A DNA stretch of 34,897 nucleotides from a virus (lineage: Duplodnaviria > Caudoviricetes), in IMG/VR virus record IMGVR_UViG_3300035492_000032, positions 1 to 34,897 of that record. The stretch is one strand, 5' to 3'. Every line of letters starts with the position of its first letter. Within the stretch, counting starts at the first letter, position 1. The translations under genes were made by a program, and so were the position numbers. A model generated the notes under the pieces. That model was not told where the DNA came from and did no database searches. It saw nothing but the letters and a program-made list of their open reading frames with translations. Shown piece after piece: positions 33,827 through 34,897 of this stretch.

Positions 33827-34897
33827 TGGAAGAGATTCATGGCGCCGGCGGCGGTGGCGGCAAGGGTGGCGGCGGCGGCGAGCAGAGAACTCCGCAGGAG
33901 GCGCCTAACACGCTGCAGTCTGCAGCAACCGCCCGCATCCTTGACCTGCTGGGCGAGGGGCCGATTGTTGGCTTGGTCGATGGCCTAAAGTCCGTCTACC
34001 TGGACGATACGCCGTTGCAGAACAGCAACGGCAGCTACAACTTTCAGGGTGTCACAGTCCATACCCGTCTTGGCGATGCAAACCAGTCTCGCATCCCCGG
34101 CTTTCCGGCTATCGAAAGCGAAATCGATGTTGGAGCACAGCTGAAGCACGGCATTCCGCTCGTGCGCAGCGTTTCGAATCCTGACGTTGACGCCGTGCGC
34201 ATCAAGATTCGCGTGCCGGCGCTGACAAGTCAGAACGTCAGCAACGGCGACATCAGCGGCACGTCTGTGTCTGTCGCGGTTGATGTAATGCCTGACGGCG
34301 GCAGCTGGCAGCAAGTCGCAAAGATCACGATCAATGGAAAGACGACCAGCGCGTATGACCGCGCTAAGCGTGTCGATCTGCCAGGCACTGGCCCGTGGTC
34401 CATTCGCGTGCGCCGACTGACGGCTGACGCTGAGAAGTCGAGCCTGCAAAACGCGACCTACTGGACCAGCTTCACCGAGATCATCGATGCACGGTTGACC
34501 TACCCGGACAGCGCGCTGATCGGTCTCGAGGTCGACGCCCGCCAGTTTGGGTCTACGATCCCGAAGCGCAGCTATGACGTGAAGGGCCGCGTCATCCGTG
34601 TGCCCAGCAACTACGACCCCGAAACGCGCGCTTACGCTGGCCTGTGGGATGGCAGCTTCAAACTCGCATGGTCGGATAATCCGGCCTGGGTTTATCTGGA
34701 CCTTGCTACCCATGCCCGCTACGGCGCCGGCCTTGAAATGGTAGACAAGTGGTCGCTATACGAGATCGCGCGCTACTGTGACGAGCTTGTGCCGGACGGC
34801 TACGGCGGGATGGAGCCGCGTTTTGCGATCAATACTGTGCTGGCTGAGGCGGTCGAGGCGATCGACGCTCTGAACATGCTGGCATCGGCGTTCCGCG
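33826..34897 (+). CDS. Tail tip / host specificity protein (lambda gpJ-like), 3' truncated by the window
   Basis: MEEIHGAGGGGGKGG...DLLGEGPIVG...VPSNYDP...WDGSFK.AWSDNPAW. Confidence 0.93.
   Translation, partial: MEEIHGAGGGGGKGGGGGEQRTPQEAPNTLQSAATARILDLLGEGPIVGLVDGLKSVYLDDTPLQNSNGSYNFQGVTVHTRLGDANQSRIPGFPAIESEIDVGAQLKHGIPLVRSVSNPDVDAVRIKIRVPALTSQNVSNGDISGTSVSVAVDVMPDGGSWQQVAKITINGKTTSAYDRAKRVDLPGTGPWSIRVRRLTADAEKSSLQNATYWTSFTEIIDARLTYPDSALIGLEVDARQFGSTIPKRSYDVKGRVIRVPSNYDPETRAYAGLWDGSFKLAWSDNPAWVYLDLATHARYGAGLEMVDKWSLYEIARYCDELVPDGYGGMEPRFAINTVLAEAVEAIDALNMLASAFR

Larger units (their letters stand above)
1..34897. mobile_element. Lambdoid (siphovirus) temperate phage/prophage, partial; both ends lie outside the window
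   Basis: Canonical order of early-left, cI/cro, replication, nin, Q, holin, terminase, head and lambda-like tail genes M-L-K-I-J. Confidence 0.97.

Noticed and set aside
1-34897. CRISPR array, integrase/att site, tnpA, rRNA or intact tRNA genes
   Set aside because: None recognisable in this window

Overview
This window holds most of a GC-rich lambdoid siphovirus genome or prophage, most likely from Pseudomonas/Stutzerimonas (inferred from the gene families and aca1). The order is: early-left operon (minus strand, 1-3470); immunity region (PL/OL, cI, OR, cro, cII-like); O-like initiator with iterons and DnaB; a nin-like region (DNA MTase, TraR, NinB, DUF3310, RuvC-like resolvase, metallophosphoesterase); Q-like antiterminator; holin; terminase, portal and capsid; and a lambda-like tail (TAC with -1 frameshift, TMP, M/L/K/I, J truncated at the window edge). 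Three inserted modules stand out. (1) A complete non-autonomous IscB/omegaRNA (OMEGA) element sits exactly between the RBS and the ATG of an early phage gene, so the guide plus ATGA TAM reconstitute the empty allele. (2) An acr-aca1 cassette lies between Q and the late promoter and carries an acidic AcrIC7-like anti-CRISPR candidate. (3) An HNH endonuclease cassette has inserted into the holin 3' end, supplying a recoded C-terminus and displacing the original one downstream. Also notable: a long structured PL leader with an rrn-like boxB-boxA order and no visible N gene, an unknown 302-aa gene in the rexAB position, a duplicated tail-assembly-chaperone paralog and a two-lipoprotein moron. Family names come from motif recognition and memory; no database search was run.
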